Positions 11,764-22,795 of a DNA stretch of 64,000 nt are shown piece after piece (position 1 is the first letter of the stretch; each line of letters starts with the position of its first letter). The DNA lies in assembly GCA_965223425.1 (NCBI GenBank), contig OZ245003.1, forward strand, positions 224,001-288,000. Direction: 5' to 3'. The position numbers and the translations under genes were made by a program. Source of the DNA: Nitrosopumilus sp. (GTDB taxonomy: Archaea; Thermoproteota; Nitrososphaeria; Nitrososphaerales; Nitrosopumilaceae). The notes under the pieces were generated by a model, which worked only from the letters and a program-made list of their open reading frames with translations, made no database searches and had not been told where the DNA came from.

Positions 11764-12508
11764 ACTTGTGAATAGAAACATTACAATTTCTTTAAATCCT
11801 GGATTTTTAATTTGGCAAATCATCTTCCCTTTAATCTATATTTTTGTTGCAGGATTTGCATATGCACCATTAATACAACAAGTTCCTTTTGGTACTAAAG
11901 ATCTTGATTATCCTGCATTTTTAGCATCGGGTATGATTGGATTTAATATCATGAATAGTACACTGGTTTCGGGCATCATTATCTGGAATGATAGAAGACA
12001 CGGAATGTTTGAACAGATAATGTCTGGACCATTTACCAGAAGTCATTACATACTAAGCAACATTTGTACTATAGGCATAATTGGACTAATAAGCGCAACA
12101 TTGATAGCTTTAGTTGGCTATCCCGTATTTTTTGAATCTGTAGAGTTTTCATTGATTACTATTCCGATAATCGTCTTTGGAGCAATTACTGGATCTGTAT
12201 TATTTGGCTCATTGGCATCAATCATTTCTACCAGATTGCGTTCAAGTGAGGGATTTAATGTAATTATTAACACTGTTTTCTTATTCTTTGCTTTTGTTAG
12301 TACTGCATTTTATCCGGCTGCTGGTGCTCCGGAACCATTACGCTCTGCATTTTATCTAAACCCGCTAACTTATCTTGTAGATGTAATTAGAGCAGGCATT
12401 TTTGGAAACTTTACCGAATTTGTAATTTATGAAATGATAGTTCTTGTTGGAATCGCATCTGTTCTATTTGTTATTGCTTCAAAACTTCTTACAAAGCTGG
12501 ATTTCTAG
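11747..12508 (+). CDS. ABC-2 type permease
   Basis: About 6 TM segments, NPLTYLVD motif, overlaps ATPase stop. Confidence 0.9.
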   Translation: MHPIIRLVNRNITISLNPGFLIWQIIFPLIYIFVAGFAYAPLIQQVPFGTKDLDYPAFLASGMIGFNIMNSTLVSGIIIWNDRRHGMFEQIMSGPFTRSHYILSNICTIGIIGLISATLIALVGYPVFFESVEFSLITIPIIVFGAITGSVLFGSLASIISTRLRSSEGFNVIINTVFLFFAFVSTAFYPAAGAPEPLRSAFYLNPLTYLVDVIRAGIFGNFTEFVIYEMIVLVGIASVLFVIASKLLTKLDF

Positions 12509-12517
12509 GAATTATAA

Positions 12518-13252
12518 TTATTTTTTAGATTTTTCATATAACTCATTAATTTTTTTAATTATATCCATATTTTCATATTTTATCAAACTAAGATTTGGAA
12601 TTACACAATGTCCTCCAATTACTCCAGGATACATTTTTGGTCTGTTGCCTAAATTTTCATGTATTTCATCAGCAAATTTCCACATTTCATCAAAATCAAT
12701 ACCTTCTTTTTCACAAATCATTTTTGTAATTTGCGCGTAACTGATCAACCATCCATAATTGTTGCATCAACGGTATTTTTGTCAATTCTGCAGTTTTGCT
12801 GGTTGACATCCAGTCTATTTTTTGAAATCTTTTTTCTAAATCAGATTTTATTTTTAAATCGAGTTGCTTATCATCTGATGCAATAAATTTTGTATATTTT
12901 TTGATATTCTCTAAAAATCTTTTATGTACACCACGTACAGGTGAATATAAAACTGGAATTTTAGATTTTTCTTGAATATTTTTTGTTGTACCTGGTTTTA
13001 TTGTAGAATGTATTAAAACAACTTTCAATCCCCCAATCTTACTAATCCAATTTGATGTAATATTTTCAAATTCCGTTAATTCACCTGGAAGACAAACATG
13101 AAGATATTCTGGATTCTCAATTGTAGAGTTTTCTGAATAATTTTCACATTTTGAATTATCTGTATCAATGCCTACACAATCAAAATTTCTTTCAACTAGT
13201 AAATCAAATATGGTCTTTCCCACTTCTCCCATTCCTAATATGATGTCAGTTA
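12518..13252 (-). pseudogene. UDP-glucose/GDP-mannose dehydrogenase family, frameshifted near 12770
   Basis: IILGMGEVG, STIKPGTT, SPVRGVH in one frame; GVIGGHCVIPN in another; frame breaks at AELTKI/YGWLISYAQ. Confidence 0.8.
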
Positions 13253-13323
13253 TTGTACCTAATTTCAGAAAAACTACCTATGTTATATTCGTGTTACCGC
13301 AATTGTTCATTTTTTAAATATAG

Positions 13324-13396
13324 TAGCCCGGCCCAGACTCGAACTGGGGTCAAGGGCTCCAAAGGCCCCTATGCTTGACCGCTACACTACCGGGCT
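13324..13396 (-). tRNA. tRNA-Gln(TTG)
   Basis: AGCCCGG/CCGGGCT acceptor stem, GGGGC-CT-TTG-GA-GCCCT anticodon arm, GTTCGAGTC T-loop. Confidence 0.95.
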
Positions 13397-13449
13397 GCTA
13401 AATCGAGCACTCTGATTCCCTTAATGAACTTTTTATTTGAATTTGACTC

Positions 13450-14292
13450 TTAAATGAAATTAAACTAAATCTATTCTTTGATCGTTTTGATTAATTTTTG
13501 AACAGGATCTTCCATCTGTTTTACAATTTTTTTTGCTCTGTTTTTGATTTATTTTTTCTGATGATTCAAATTTTCTTTATGTAGTTAGAAACTTTATTTG
13601 GGTTTGTTTCTCTTTTTACCCAATATTTTTTTATCAAAAACTTCTCAACAATATTTGGAACTGCATTATATGGTGTTGTTGGAATTTCCACTAATGTGGA
13701 TTCTGCTGTCATGATTCCACAGATCCTATGAAAACATCTGTGTATTGTTTAACAAATGTTTTGCATCAAATGACATTTTTATAATTTTGGCTTTTCCTCC
13801 AAATCTTTTTTTGAAGATTTTCAATTTGTTTAATGATTGGAGCTATTTTGCTTGATTTTGATGTATGTGCCGCCTCTTCCTCCTCTTCTTCTTTTTCCAC
13901 TCTGATCAAAATATTTTTTCTTTTATTATCTTTAAATGGTAGTCATCAGCATATGGTGAATCACAAAATGCTATGTGTTTTATTCCTAGACCAAATGAAA
14001 TTCTTGCTGCTTCTGGAGAACAAAAACTAATTGTTATGTCTGGTGAAAACATCTTGATTTTTCTAATAAGCTTCTCCTTCCTGTCAATACTGGCTCCAAG
14101 TTTAGCTTTTTTGTCACTCCCTCCATGTTTTCCAACAAAAACAAGGTCAAAATCACGTATTTTTGCCAATTTTGTAACTTCTCCATATACTCTAGAAGTA
14201 CACAAAATTCCGTGTTTTTTCCCAAGTTTTCCAATTATTGATTCGGAAAACAATAATTGTTTTGGAGTCAGAATATCTATCCATATTTTCAA
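13450..14292 (-). pseudogene. DUF354-like (glycosyltransferase-fold) protein, degraded
   Basis: MKIWIDILTPKQ N-terminus, SPEAARISFGLG; downstream fragments interrupted by stops and deletions; 3' limit approximate. Confidence 0.7.
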
Positions 14293-14357
14293 GTAATTTC
14301 CATAACTGTGGTAAGTTCAATAAGTTTTTCTTAGTCTATTACCCAGCTGTTATTGTA

Positions 14358-15497
14358 ATGGGGAGAGCAAAAGTTGTCGTTTATGGTCTTAGTACAGAAG
14401 GATATGCAATTGCATCCCAGATGGCAATCAAAGGTGCTGATGTTTACATAATAGACGAGTCCACTCCTTCAGCAATTTCACTTAAAGCTGAAGTTGCTAA
14501 AACGTATCCAAATGTATCTTCCCTAAAAGAGGACGAACCCTTGTTGGCGATGGAACCAATTGATGTGGCCATTTCCAAAGCCCAATATCTTTTCTTTACT
14601 CCAAGAATTAGAAAAACGGGTCAAGACACTAAAACTGAAATTCATTCTAAATTTAAAGACGCAACTAAATCATTAAAGAAAAATAGTTCAGTTGTTTTCA
14701 CTCTTCCAGCAGGGTTTGGAGGTAATAATGAAAATATTTCATTATTGGAGCATGTAACAGGTCTAGAGGTTGGAAAACATATTTCATATTTTTATTATCC
14801 GCTAGAAGACCTAAATCAGCAACCCAAGATTATTGGTTCTTTTAATGGAAAAGAAGATTCCAAATTATCTGAACTACTCACTACAGGTAAAAAAGAGAAA
14901 AAATTTGTTGCAATTTCATCATCAGAACATTTTCACGCTATTAATGTTCTATCTAGATTTTCTAGTTTATGTAGTGTTTTAGAGGTTTGTAAATACGCAC
15001 AAGATGAAATTACCAAAAATGATCTATCTTCAGATGATTTTCAGGAAATATTCCTTGATAATATGGTTAGTGGATTATTTGATCTAAAATCTCTAGGATC
15101 CTCATTTGAGGGTGCTAATACTCTCATATATCTAATTAATGGAAGTGTAAAAGGAATTGATGGATACATCAAAAGACTAATTGATGAAATTCGAGCAACA
15201 CTAAAGAAAAATGATCTTAAAGCTAGTAGAACAAAAATTGCATTATCTTGGACACTTGATCAACATGCAATGCGTGGAGATAAAATTGAGATGCTACAAA
15301 ATCTAACTTCTAAATTGCGTGATTATATAGGCGATGTAGAAGCTTATGAAGATCCAAACTTTGATCTTTTTCACAGTGATAAAACTACAATAGTTGTTGC
15401 ATGTTCAAAAACTGATCTTGAACATATTGAAAAGACTAAACAAGATTCTGATTTAATTGTAGTAAAAGCTAATCCTTTATGTGAAACTATTCAATAA
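14358..15497 (+). CDS. Divergent nucleotide-sugar dehydrogenase-like protein
   Basis: N-terminal VVVYGLSTEG Rossmann-like start; no clear catalytic Cys motif; sits before grpE. Confidence 0.55.
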   Translation: MGRAKVVVYGLSTEGYAIASQMAIKGADVYIIDESTPSAISLKAEVAKTYPNVSSLKEDEPLLAMEPIDVAISKAQYLFFTPRIRKTGQDTKTEIHSKFKDATKSLKKNSSVVFTLPAGFGGNNENISLLEHVTGLEVGKHISYFYYPLEDLNQQPKIIGSFNGKEDSKLSELLTTGKKEKKFVAISSSEHFHAINVLSRFSSLCSVLEVCKYAQDEITKNDLSSDDFQEIFLDNMVSGLFDLKSLGSSFEGANTLIYLINGSVKGIDGYIKRLIDEIRATLKKNDLKASRTKIALSWTLDQHAMRGDKIEMLQNLTSKLRDYIGDVEAYEDPNFDLFHSDKTTIVVACSKTDLEHIEKTKQDSDLIVVKANPLCETIQ

Positions 15498-15532
15498 TAA
15501 TTTAAATTAGCTAAATTATAATTTTCTTTGAT

Positions 15533-16099
15533 TTGTCAACTGAAAATAATTCTGATGAAATCCCTGTTGATGTTATATCTGAAAACGAACCTGAACCTGA
15601 TGATTCTTCAGAAAAATCAAACACTCCAGAAACGAATATTGAAGAATTATCAAACCTGTTAGAGATGGAAAAACGAAAGGTGTCAGAACATGAAGAAAAA
15701 CTAAAACATGTTTTAGCAGACTTTCAAAATCTTAATCGAAAAACCCAGTCTGATATAGAAAATGGCGTTAATACCAAAGTTGATGAATTTGTATTAGATT
15801 TTTTAAAAATATATGATGATTTTATTAGAGCTAAAGAAGTCTTTTCTGAAAATAAAATTAATACTGATGGTTTAGATTCAATTTTAAAAAATATGGATTC
15901 ATTGTTGGAAAAATATAATGTTGCTCCGATTGATGCATTGGGCGAAATCTTTGATCCAAACTACCATGAAGCTATTTCCATTATCTCTGATCCTGAGTTA
16001 GATGATAGCACAATTACAAAAGAGATCAGGAAAGGATATATTTCTCATGGGAGGGTTATAAGACCGACACTGGTAGAAATTTCAAAAAAAGGAGAATAA
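15533..16099 (+). CDS. grpE: Nucleotide exchange factor GrpE
   Basis: ADFQNLNRK, FDPNYHEAI, KGY...RVIRP. Confidence 0.95.
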   Translation: MSTENNSDEIPVDVISENEPEPDDSSEKSNTPETNIEELSNLLEMEKRKVSEHEEKLKHVLADFQNLNRKTQSDIENGVNTKVDEFVLDFLKIYDDFIRAKEVFSENKINTDGLDSILKNMDSLLEKYNVAPIDALGEIFDPNYHEAISIISDPELDDSTITKEIRKGYISHGRVIRPTLVEISKKGE

Positions 16100-16102
16100 A
16101 AT

Positions 16103-18067
16103 ATGGCTAAAATAATCGGTATTGATTTAGGAACAAGTAACTCTGCGGCTGCAGTTGTAATGGGTGGAAAGCCAACAATTATCCCTGCTGCAGAAGGAGC
16201 TACTGTGGGAGGAAAAGCGTTCCCATCTGTTGTCGCATTTTCAAAAGATGCTGATCTTTTAGTTGGAGAACCCGCACGAAGACAGGCAGTAACAAATCCT
16301 GATAGCACTATAGTTGCTGCTAAAAGAAAAATGGGATCTGATCATACTTTTAAAATTCAAGGCAAAGAGTACAAACCCCAACAAATTTCTGCATTTATTC
16401 TACAAAAAATCAAAAAAGATTCTGAAGCGTTTATTGGCGAATCTGTGGAAAAAGCAGTAATTACAGTACCTGCATATTTTGATGATAACCAGCGTCAGGC
16501 AACTAAAGACGCTGGAACAATTGCAGGTCTTGATGTTGTTAGAATTATCAACGAGCCAACAGCGGCATCATTGGCATTTGGATTAGATAAGGCAAAAGAG
16601 GACATGAAAATTCTTGTCTTTGATTTTGGTGGGGGTACATTAGATGTTACCATCATGGAAATGGGTGGTGGTGTTTTTGAAGTAATGAGTACATCTGGAG
16701 ACACTCAATTAGGTGGTACCGACATGGATAAAGTCATAATTGATTACATTGTTGATGAATTCAAGAAAAAAGAGGGTGTTGATCTTTCTCAAGATACAAC
16801 TGCAATGACAAGAATTAGAGAATCTGCTGAAAAAGCCAAAATTGAATTGTCTACAGTTATGGAAACTGATGTTAACTTGCCTTTTATTTCACATGATCCA
16901 TCATCTGGTGCAAAAAATCTTGAATTAAGAATGACTAGAGCTAAACTAGATGAATTAATTGAACCAATTGTTGAACGGTGCAAGCCTTCCATACTAAAAG
17001 CACTTGAAGATGCAAAGATATCCACTTCTGACATTAACAAAATTGTAATGGTTGGAGGACCTACAAGAATTCCACTGGTACAAAAATTTGTAAGCGAAAT
17101 TATTGGAAAAGACGCTGAATCTGGGGTTGATCCTATGGAGGCAGTAGCTATGGGGGCTGCAATACAGGCAGGAATTATTGCCGGAGATGTTGCTAGTGAT
17201 ATAGTTCTGCTTGATGTTACTCCGCTAACATTAGGAATTGAAACTTTAGGTGGGGTTAGAGAACCATTAATTGAAAGAAATACAACAATTCCAACTTCTA
17301 AAAGCAAAGTTTTCACGACTGCAGCTGATAATCAAACTGCTGTAACCATTCATGTTGTTCAAGGTGAACGGCCAATGGCAACTGATAATGTCTCATTGGG
17401 AAGCTTTAATCTGACTGACTTGCCTCCCGCTCCAAGAGGAGTTCCTCAAATTGAAGTGAAATTTGATATTGATGCAAATGGAATAATTAATGTTACAGCA
17501 AAAGATCTTGGAACCCAAAAGGAGGCAAAAATTACTATTGAATCTACATCAAAATTATCTAAAGAGGAAATCGAAAAATTAAAAGAAGATGCAGAAAAAT
17601 TCTCTGATGAAGATAAAAAGAAGAAAGAAAAAATTGATCTTAAAAATGAGGCAGAGAGTTATATCTACACTACAGAAAAATTAGTCAATCATGATTTAAA
17701 AGATAAAATTTCTCAAGAACAAGGAATTAAAATTACTGATGCTGTCAAAGAACTCAAAGAATCTTTAGATAAAGAACCTTCTGAATTAAAATCAAAACTT
17801 GAAGCATTACAAACTCTAGTTAATGAGGTAACCACTGAACTATACAAGAATGCATCGCCTCCTCCTGGTGCAGAAGGACAACAAGGTGCTGGTGCAGAAG
17901 GACAACAAGGTGCTGGTGCAGAAGGACAACAAGGTGCTGGTGCAGAAGGACAACAAGGTGCTGGTGCAGAAGGACAACAAGGTGCTGGTGCAGAAGGACA
18001 ACAAGGTGCTGGTGCAGAAGGACAAACAACTGAATCATCTTCAGATGATGAAACTAAAACTAGCTAA
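16103..18067 (+). CDS. dnaK: Chaperone DnaK (Hsp70)
   Basis: [35 protein letters not shown]. Confidence 0.98.
   Translation: MAKIIGIDLGTSNSAAAVVMGGKPTIIPAAEGATVGGKAFPSVVAFSKDADLLVGEPARRQAVTNPDSTIVAAKRKMGSDHTFKIQGKEYKPQQISAFILQKIKKDSEAFIGESVEKAVITVPAYFDDNQRQATKDAGTIAGLDVVRIINEPTAASLAFGLDKAKEDMKILVFDFGGGTLDVTIMEMGGGVFEVMSTSGDTQLGGTDMDKVIIDYIVDEFKKKEGVDLSQDTTAMTRIRESAEKAKIELSTVMETDVNLPFISHDPSSGAKNLELRMTRAKLDELIEPIVERCKPSILKALEDAKISTSDINKIVMVGGPTRIPLVQKFVSEIIGKDAESGVDPMEAVAMGAAIQAGIIAGDVASDIVLLDVTPLTLGIETLGGVREPLIERNTTIPTSKSKVFTTAADNQTAVTIHVVQGERPMATDNVSLGSFNLTDLPPAPRGVPQIEVKFDIDANGIINVTAKDLGTQKEAKITIESTSKLSKEEIEKLKEDAEKFSDEDKKKKEKIDLKNEAESYIYTTEKLVNHDLKDKISQEQGIKITDAVKELKESLDKEPSELKSKLEALQTLVNEVTTELYKNASPPPGAEGQQGAGAEGQQGAGAEGQQGAGAEGQQGAGAEGQQGAGAEGQQGAGAEGQTTESSSDDETKTS
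17867..18025 (+). repeat. 24-bp tandem repeat (6 full units plus a partial one) encoding GAEGQQGA in the DnaK tail
   Basis: Identical GGTGCAGAAGGACAACAAGGTGCT units. Confidence 0.95.
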
Positions 18068-18116
18068 TTTTTCAAATTCAATCATTTATACAGTAATTAT
18101 GATAAAGGAATGATTC

Positions 18117-19202
18117 ATGACTGCAAAACGCGATTATTATGAAGTTTTAGGAGTTTCTAAAACGTCTTCTACAGATGAAATTAAACAGCAATATAGAAAA
18201 TTAGCATTAAAATTCCATCCAGATCGTAACAAATCTTCAGAAGCTGGCGAACATTTTAAAGAAATTTCAGAAGCATATGCTGTTCTTTCAGATACTGAAA
18301 AAAGGCAAATTTATGATCAACATGGTCATGCAGGCGTTGATGGTAGGTACAGCAGTGATGATATATTCCAAGGAGCACGTGGAGATTTTAGTGATATATT
18401 TGGTCGTGGAGGCGGAGGATTTGATTCTATTTTTGAATCAATTTTTGGTCGTGGAGGCGGAGGATTTGGATTTAATCAACAACGAGGTTCTGATATTCTC
18501 TATCAAACTTCAGCAACATTAGAAGATGTTCTTCATGGAAAAAAAATGAAAATTGATTTACACAAACAGATTCAATGTGATGTTTGTGATGGAATTGGTT
18601 GCAAGCCTGGTACTAACAAGAAAACATGCACAACATGTAGTGGTCAAGGACAAGTGAGACAAACTCGCAATATGGGATTTGCTTCATTTGTGACAGCTGC
18701 ACCTTGTTCTGCTTGTAGAGGTCAAGGTTCAATTATTGAAACTCCCTGTGGAGAATGTAAAGGCCAAGGAAGAAAAAAAGGTACCAAAAAAGTCACTTTT
18801 GAAATTCCACCTGGAATTGATTCAGGTGATTATACTGTTCCAGGAGAAGGAAATGAAACTCCTGACGGTGTTAATGGCGATCTAATCGTTCGAGTTGTAG
18901 TACAACCTCACACACAATTCAACAGAGATGGAAAAGATATTTTCTATGATCAAGATGTTTCAATGATTGACGCCACATTAGGTTGCGAAATTGTTGTTCC
19001 AACTTTGGAGGGTACAGAAAAAATTAAAGTTGATTCTGGTAGTCAACCAAACACTATACTGAAACTAAAGGGAAAAGGAGTTCCGCATATTAATTCTAGA
19101 GGTAGGGGAGATCAATATGTGCGAATTGTGGTAAATATTCCTAAAAAACTCAATAAACATCAAAAAAATCTTCTAGATGAATTTCGAAAAACTGGTGATT
19201 AG
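18117..19202 (+). CDS. dnaJ: Chaperone DnaJ
   Basis: HPD motif, G/F region, four CxxCxGxG repeats. Confidence 0.97.
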   Translation: MTAKRDYYEVLGVSKTSSTDEIKQQYRKLALKFHPDRNKSSEAGEHFKEISEAYAVLSDTEKRQIYDQHGHAGVDGRYSSDDIFQGARGDFSDIFGRGGGGFDSIFESIFGRGGGGFGFNQQRGSDILYQTSATLEDVLHGKKMKIDLHKQIQCDVCDGIGCKPGTNKKTCTTCSGQGQVRQTRNMGFASFVTAAPCSACRGQGSIIETPCGECKGQGRKKGTKKVTFEIPPGIDSGDYTVPGEGNETPDGVNGDLIVRVVVQPHTQFNRDGKDIFYDQDVSMIDATLGCEIVVPTLEGTEKIKVDSGSQPNTILKLKGKGVPHINSRGRGDQYVRIVVNIPKKLNKHQKNLLDEFRKTGD

Positions 19203-19750
19203 TGAGAAAAATGAAAATTGCGTTAGATGTTGATGGCGTACTTGCTGACGTGATTAAACCTTGGTTAGCTTATAGCAATACAATTAGACAGAAAATTTCT
19301 AAACATGATATTACTGATTGGGATTTTTGGAAGAGATTTCAAATCAGCCGCTATGATTTCTATACTGAACTGAACCTGTGTTGGAAAAATTGGATTTCTA
19401 TACCTCCTACAGAAGATAATTTGTCAGCTCTTACAAAAAATCTCTCCAATCTTGGTCAAGTAGATATTGTTACTGCTAGAGAAAATACAACTAATTCTTT
19501 TGTAAAAAATTGGTTGAATCATCATGACATATCATATGACAATTATGTATCCGTAATTGATGGTCCTATGAAGGCAGATTTAGATTATGATGTATTTATT
19601 GATGATTCACCATTAAATGCACAAAAATTTCTTCAGAATAAAAAAAGGCTAATCCTGTATTCACAACCTTGGAACCATCATATTAATGAAAATAAGGTTC
19701 ATAGAATTTCAAATCTCTCAGAAGCAATTGAAAAAATAAAACGCAATTAA
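19202..19750 (+). CDS. HAD-family 5'(3')-deoxyribonucleotidase-like protein
   Basis: ALDVDGVLAD, VTAR, FIDDSP, PWN motifs. Confidence 0.85.
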   Translation: MRKMKIALDVDGVLADVIKPWLAYSNTIRQKISKHDITDWDFWKRFQISRYDFYTELNLCWKNWISIPPTEDNLSALTKNLSNLGQVDIVTARENTTNSFVKNWLNHHDISYDNYVSVIDGPMKADLDYDVFIDDSPLNAQKFLQNKKRLILYSQPWNHHINENKVHRISNLSEAIEKIKRN

Positions 19751-19911
19751 TCTTTTACAAATTTTCTAATGTTAACTTGGTGCCCATTTCTTACATGCAT
19801 AACATGCGTTGTTTTTAACAACTCTCCAATTTTGTCATCGTCATAGAATTTGATATTGTAACGTCCAAGTATTTTTTTACAATTCATACAATATACTTCT
19901 CTAAATTCCAT
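19747..19911 (-). CDS. Small Zn-binding hypothetical protein (54 aa)
   Basis: MEFREVYCMNCKKILGRY...HVMHVRNGH; the ORF-track start is probably too far upstream. Confidence 0.65.
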   Translation of the reverse strand: MEFREVYCMNCKKILGRYNIKFYDDDKIGELLKTTHVMHVRNGHQVNIRKFVKD

Positions 19912-20504
19912 CTTCTTCACTTGATCAATTGGATGTATTTGTTCCATGTATAATAAAGAAACTTTGTGTAGTTTGGCGCCAAACTGCATAAACTTGCGTA
20001 TATCTGATTTGAGATAAACTGGGATGGATATTCCAAAAAAGTATGTCCTGCAGGCAAACAAGACTGATTTTCATGAACGAATTCATGCAAGAATATCTAA
20101 AAAAACAAGGATGCGGTGGGAAGCCTTCTTGGAGCCAAAAGAATTACAATCGTGTATGCTTCAGTAAGGGATGGTATTTCTGCCATGTCAGAATTTATTC
20201 TGTAATGGAATTTGAATCGATGTCAGTAGGTTTGGGACACTTCGGGCCAGATGCCGCAACTGTCTCGGCAATTTTGTATTGAGATTTAGCATATACTTTT
20301 TTTCTGAGTTTTGATTATCGTTGCTCATACGTTAGATTGCCCACAATTACTATTTACTTCCACTAACTAAATTGCAGTATGATGTTACATTAATCTGTAG
20401 TTAGGCGTAAATTTCATACTGCAGATGTCTTTTACGCAGAACAGGCGACTTTATACAATATTCCTAAATAAAGAGACTTATTCTAGATTTCAAAAATTGA
20501 CATT

Positions 20505-20589
20505 GCGGGAGTCGCCCAGCCTGGCCAACGGCGTAAGGTTCAGATCCTTATCTTTCAGGAGTTCGTGGGTTCAAATCCCACTTCCCGCA
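20505..20589 (+). tRNA. tRNA-Leu(CAG)
   Basis: GCGGGAG/TTCCCGC acceptor, TAAGG-TT-CAG-AT-CCTTA anticodon arm, long variable arm, GGTTCAAATCC. Confidence 0.95.
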
Positions 20590-20614
20590 CTACAATCAGG
20601 ATATCTTGGTTCTG

Positions 20615-21759
20615 TAGTTAGCACATTAAATAATTGAACATTTTCACAGGCAGGATCTCCTTTCTGGCAAACAGCTTGCGTACTGACTGCTCCATCTCAT
20701 CTAGCGTGCCAAACACCTTTGCAGACAGTACCCGCTTTATCACCCTCCACTGCATCTCAATGGGATTAAGCTCCGGCGTGTACGGCAGCAGGTACTCCAG
20801 AACTATCTCGCCGTTGTATCTTTCCAGAAACTCTTTTACCTTTTTGGATTTGTGATATGACGCATTGTCTACAAACAGCAGCACCACCTTGCCGAATCTT
20901 TTGTGAACCCGTTCCAAAAAGTTGCAAAAGCTGTCGCTGTTTGACTTTTCATAAAACATAAAGTAAAATGCGTTTGCCGCCAAAGCTCCAAAGATGTATC
21001 TTCTTTCGCGTGACAAAACAGAGGGGGATGTGGCGCGCTTGCCGCGCCTTCTCCACCCGTAGCCGGGCCTGTTTGATGCCTTTTGAATCGAGGATGCATC
21101 GCCGGCCAGTACGGTGTATCCCTGCGCCGACTTTTCTGCAACGAGTTTTTTTGCCCGCTCCTGAAACTCTTTTTGCTTTCTTTTTGAGGCTGATCTTGGG
21201 TTTTTTGGACGCGCCTTGCTCCACGAAAAGCCCATCTCCCTGACCAGCTGCAGCGCGCCTGTCTTGCTGTACTGCACGCCGAACTTTTTCTTGATGTGCA
21301 GCCTTACCAGGTTGGAGTCCCACAGGCTGCTCTCAAAGCCGCATGATTCTGGCCCCGCATCCAGGTCTGCTGCAAGCTGTCTTGCCTGCGGCCCGCCTAT
21401 CAGGTGCTTTCGTCCCCTGCCGCTGCGCTCGAACCTTGCGCGTATTCCCTCGTCCTGTGCGCGGTTGAGCCATGCAGATATGGTGGACTTGGGCCTTCCC
21501 AGCATCCTTCCAATCCTGTCTAGCGGCACGCCGTCCTTGCGCTGCATGTACGCAAGCAGCCTGTCGCGCCTTCTGGGATCGGTCTCTTTTTTGTATGCCC
21601 TTTTGAGGTCTGCAACGCTGGTGTTTGGCAGAAATTTTGCCCCCCTTGCAACCTGTCTCTTTTTTTGTTTGTACATGCAGTGTGTGCGATATGGCCGGTC
21701 TTGGATCTTTTGGCCAAAAATAATTGTCAAAATGGTTCAGGTTTTTTATGTACTTACTA
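20615..21759 (-). mobile_element. IS630-family insertion sequence
   Basis: Imperfect TIRs TAGTTAGCACATTAAATAATTGAAC / TAGTAAGTACATAAAAAACCTGAAC, TA at both ends. Confidence 0.88.
20618..21676 (-). CDS. IS630-family transposase
   Basis: HTH and winged-HTH N-terminus, VDNASYHKS, LPYTPELNPIE. Confidence 0.92.
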   Translation of the reverse strand: MYKQKKRQVARGAKFLPNTSVADLKRAYKKETDPRRRDRLLAYMQRKDGVPLDRIGRMLGRPKSTISAWLNRAQDEGIRARFERSGRGRKHLIGGPQARQLAADLDAGPESCGFESSLWDSNLVRLHIKKKFGVQYSKTGALQLVREMGFSWSKARPKNPRSASKRKQKEFQERAKKLVAEKSAQGYTVLAGDASSIQKASNRPGYGWRRRGKRATSPSVLSRERRYIFGALAANAFYFMFYEKSNSDSFCNFLERVHKRFGKVVLLFVDNASYHKSKKVKEFLERYNGEIVLEYLLPYTPELNPIEMQWRVIKRVLSAKVFGTLDEMEQSVRKLFARKEILPVKMFNYLMC

Positions 21760-21957
21760 TGTTGGTGTGTTTGCCCATCTTTTCCGTACAAGTCAAGATG
21801 GGTGAATATGCCTTGTATTTGGATCTGCTTGATAGCGTTTTGTTCTTAAAATGATCAATGGCCTATCCAAAATGTATAATCCCAACTACTAGACAAGGAT
21901 AAAATTTATTATGAGAAACTAAATATTCATACTTGAACACAGTAGACATTTTTGTAA

Positions 21958-22176
21958 TCACAACAACATAGAATCTTGTGTAGGAACTTGAAACATAAAT
22001 GGGATTTTATTTGGGTGTTGTTCTCTAGCTTTTTTAATTATAGAATCTGCACGAGTACCAATACCAAAAATTTTACCATCAATTATCACTATCCATTTAC
22101 CACAGTGTTTCTTATCAATTTTTAAATTAAAATCACACTCGGCAAAAGTAGAACTCGACTTAGATTTTTTCTTCAT
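21958..22176 (-). CDS. DUF5678-like small protein
   Basis: KHCGKWIVIIDGKIFGIG...AREQHPNKIPFMFQVP pattern. Confidence 0.7.
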   Translation of the reverse strand: MKKKSKSSSTFAECDFNLKIDKKHCGKWIVIIDGKIFGIGTRADSIIKKAREQHPNKIPFMFQVPTQDSMLL

Positions 22177-22233
22177 GTTTGTCTATTTAATAATTTGGAT
22201 TCAAAGATCGCCACATTTGAAATAGTTGACAAA

Positions 22234-22374
22234 TTACACACTATCGATCCACAAGACCATAGCCTCCTCTAAAGCCTTTGTAATATTGCCTTTTTTCATA
22301 CCTTTCTTTTTAGCCACAGTTTTTCTAAATTTTTCATCTAATTTATCATTTACATTTAGATTGTATTTTCCCAT
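22234..22374 (-). CDS. Ribbon-helix-helix (CopG-like) DNA-binding protein, 46 aa, not in ORF track
   Basis: MGKYNLNVNDKLDEKFRKTVAKKKGMKKGNITKALEEAMVLWIDSV: alternating beta strand then two helices. Confidence 0.7.
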   Translation of the reverse strand: MGKYNLNVNDKLDEKFRKTVAKKKGMKKGNITKALEEAMVLWIDSV

Positions 22375-22418
22375 AATAGTTATCTACATATCTACTATTT
22401 ATAGATATGACCACATAT

Positions 22419-22795
22419 CAGTCTTCCCAGAAGTACCTCACGGCAGCACCGGTGGCAGTGGTTCTGGCAGCATTTTGCAATCAAAGACATGATACAATAA
22501 CAGCACGTCCCTGAGATCCTGCCGGGTGATCAGTGGATCCTTTGCGTAAATTCCGGTCATGTGCATCAGCACCGCGTTTGCCATGACCCATGCGTTAAAG
22601 ACAGATACGTAATACAAAAAGTACAGCAGCATTACATCCGGACTCTTGCTGTGGGTCTTGGCTCTTGTGTTCTCTATCATGCGGTATCCTGTCTCTATGC
22701 GCGGCAATTGGCCACTATGCACTGTATTGTGATGTATCGCTCAAGGCGTACGTCCCGTCCTTGGCCTTGGAACGCACCAGATCTGCCCATCACAA
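22419..22795 (-). mobile_element. ISH3-family IS remnant (3' end of transposase plus right TIR)
   Basis: RIETGYRMIE...FNAWV motif; terminal CAGTCTTCCCAGAAGTACC directly after stop. Confidence 0.8.

Noticed and set aside
17820-18113. Repetitive ORFs overlapping dnaK
   Set aside because: Shadow frames of the 24-bp repeat.
18398-18468. Direct repeat TTTGGTCGTGGAGGCGGAGGATTTG in dnaJ as another repeat-insert-repeat unit
   Set aside because: Period is 45 bp and in frame within the low-complexity G/F linker; ordinary for DnaJ.
19960-20420. Short ORFs between the Zn-finger gene and tRNA-Leu
   Set aside because: No recognisable motifs; probably degraded sequence.
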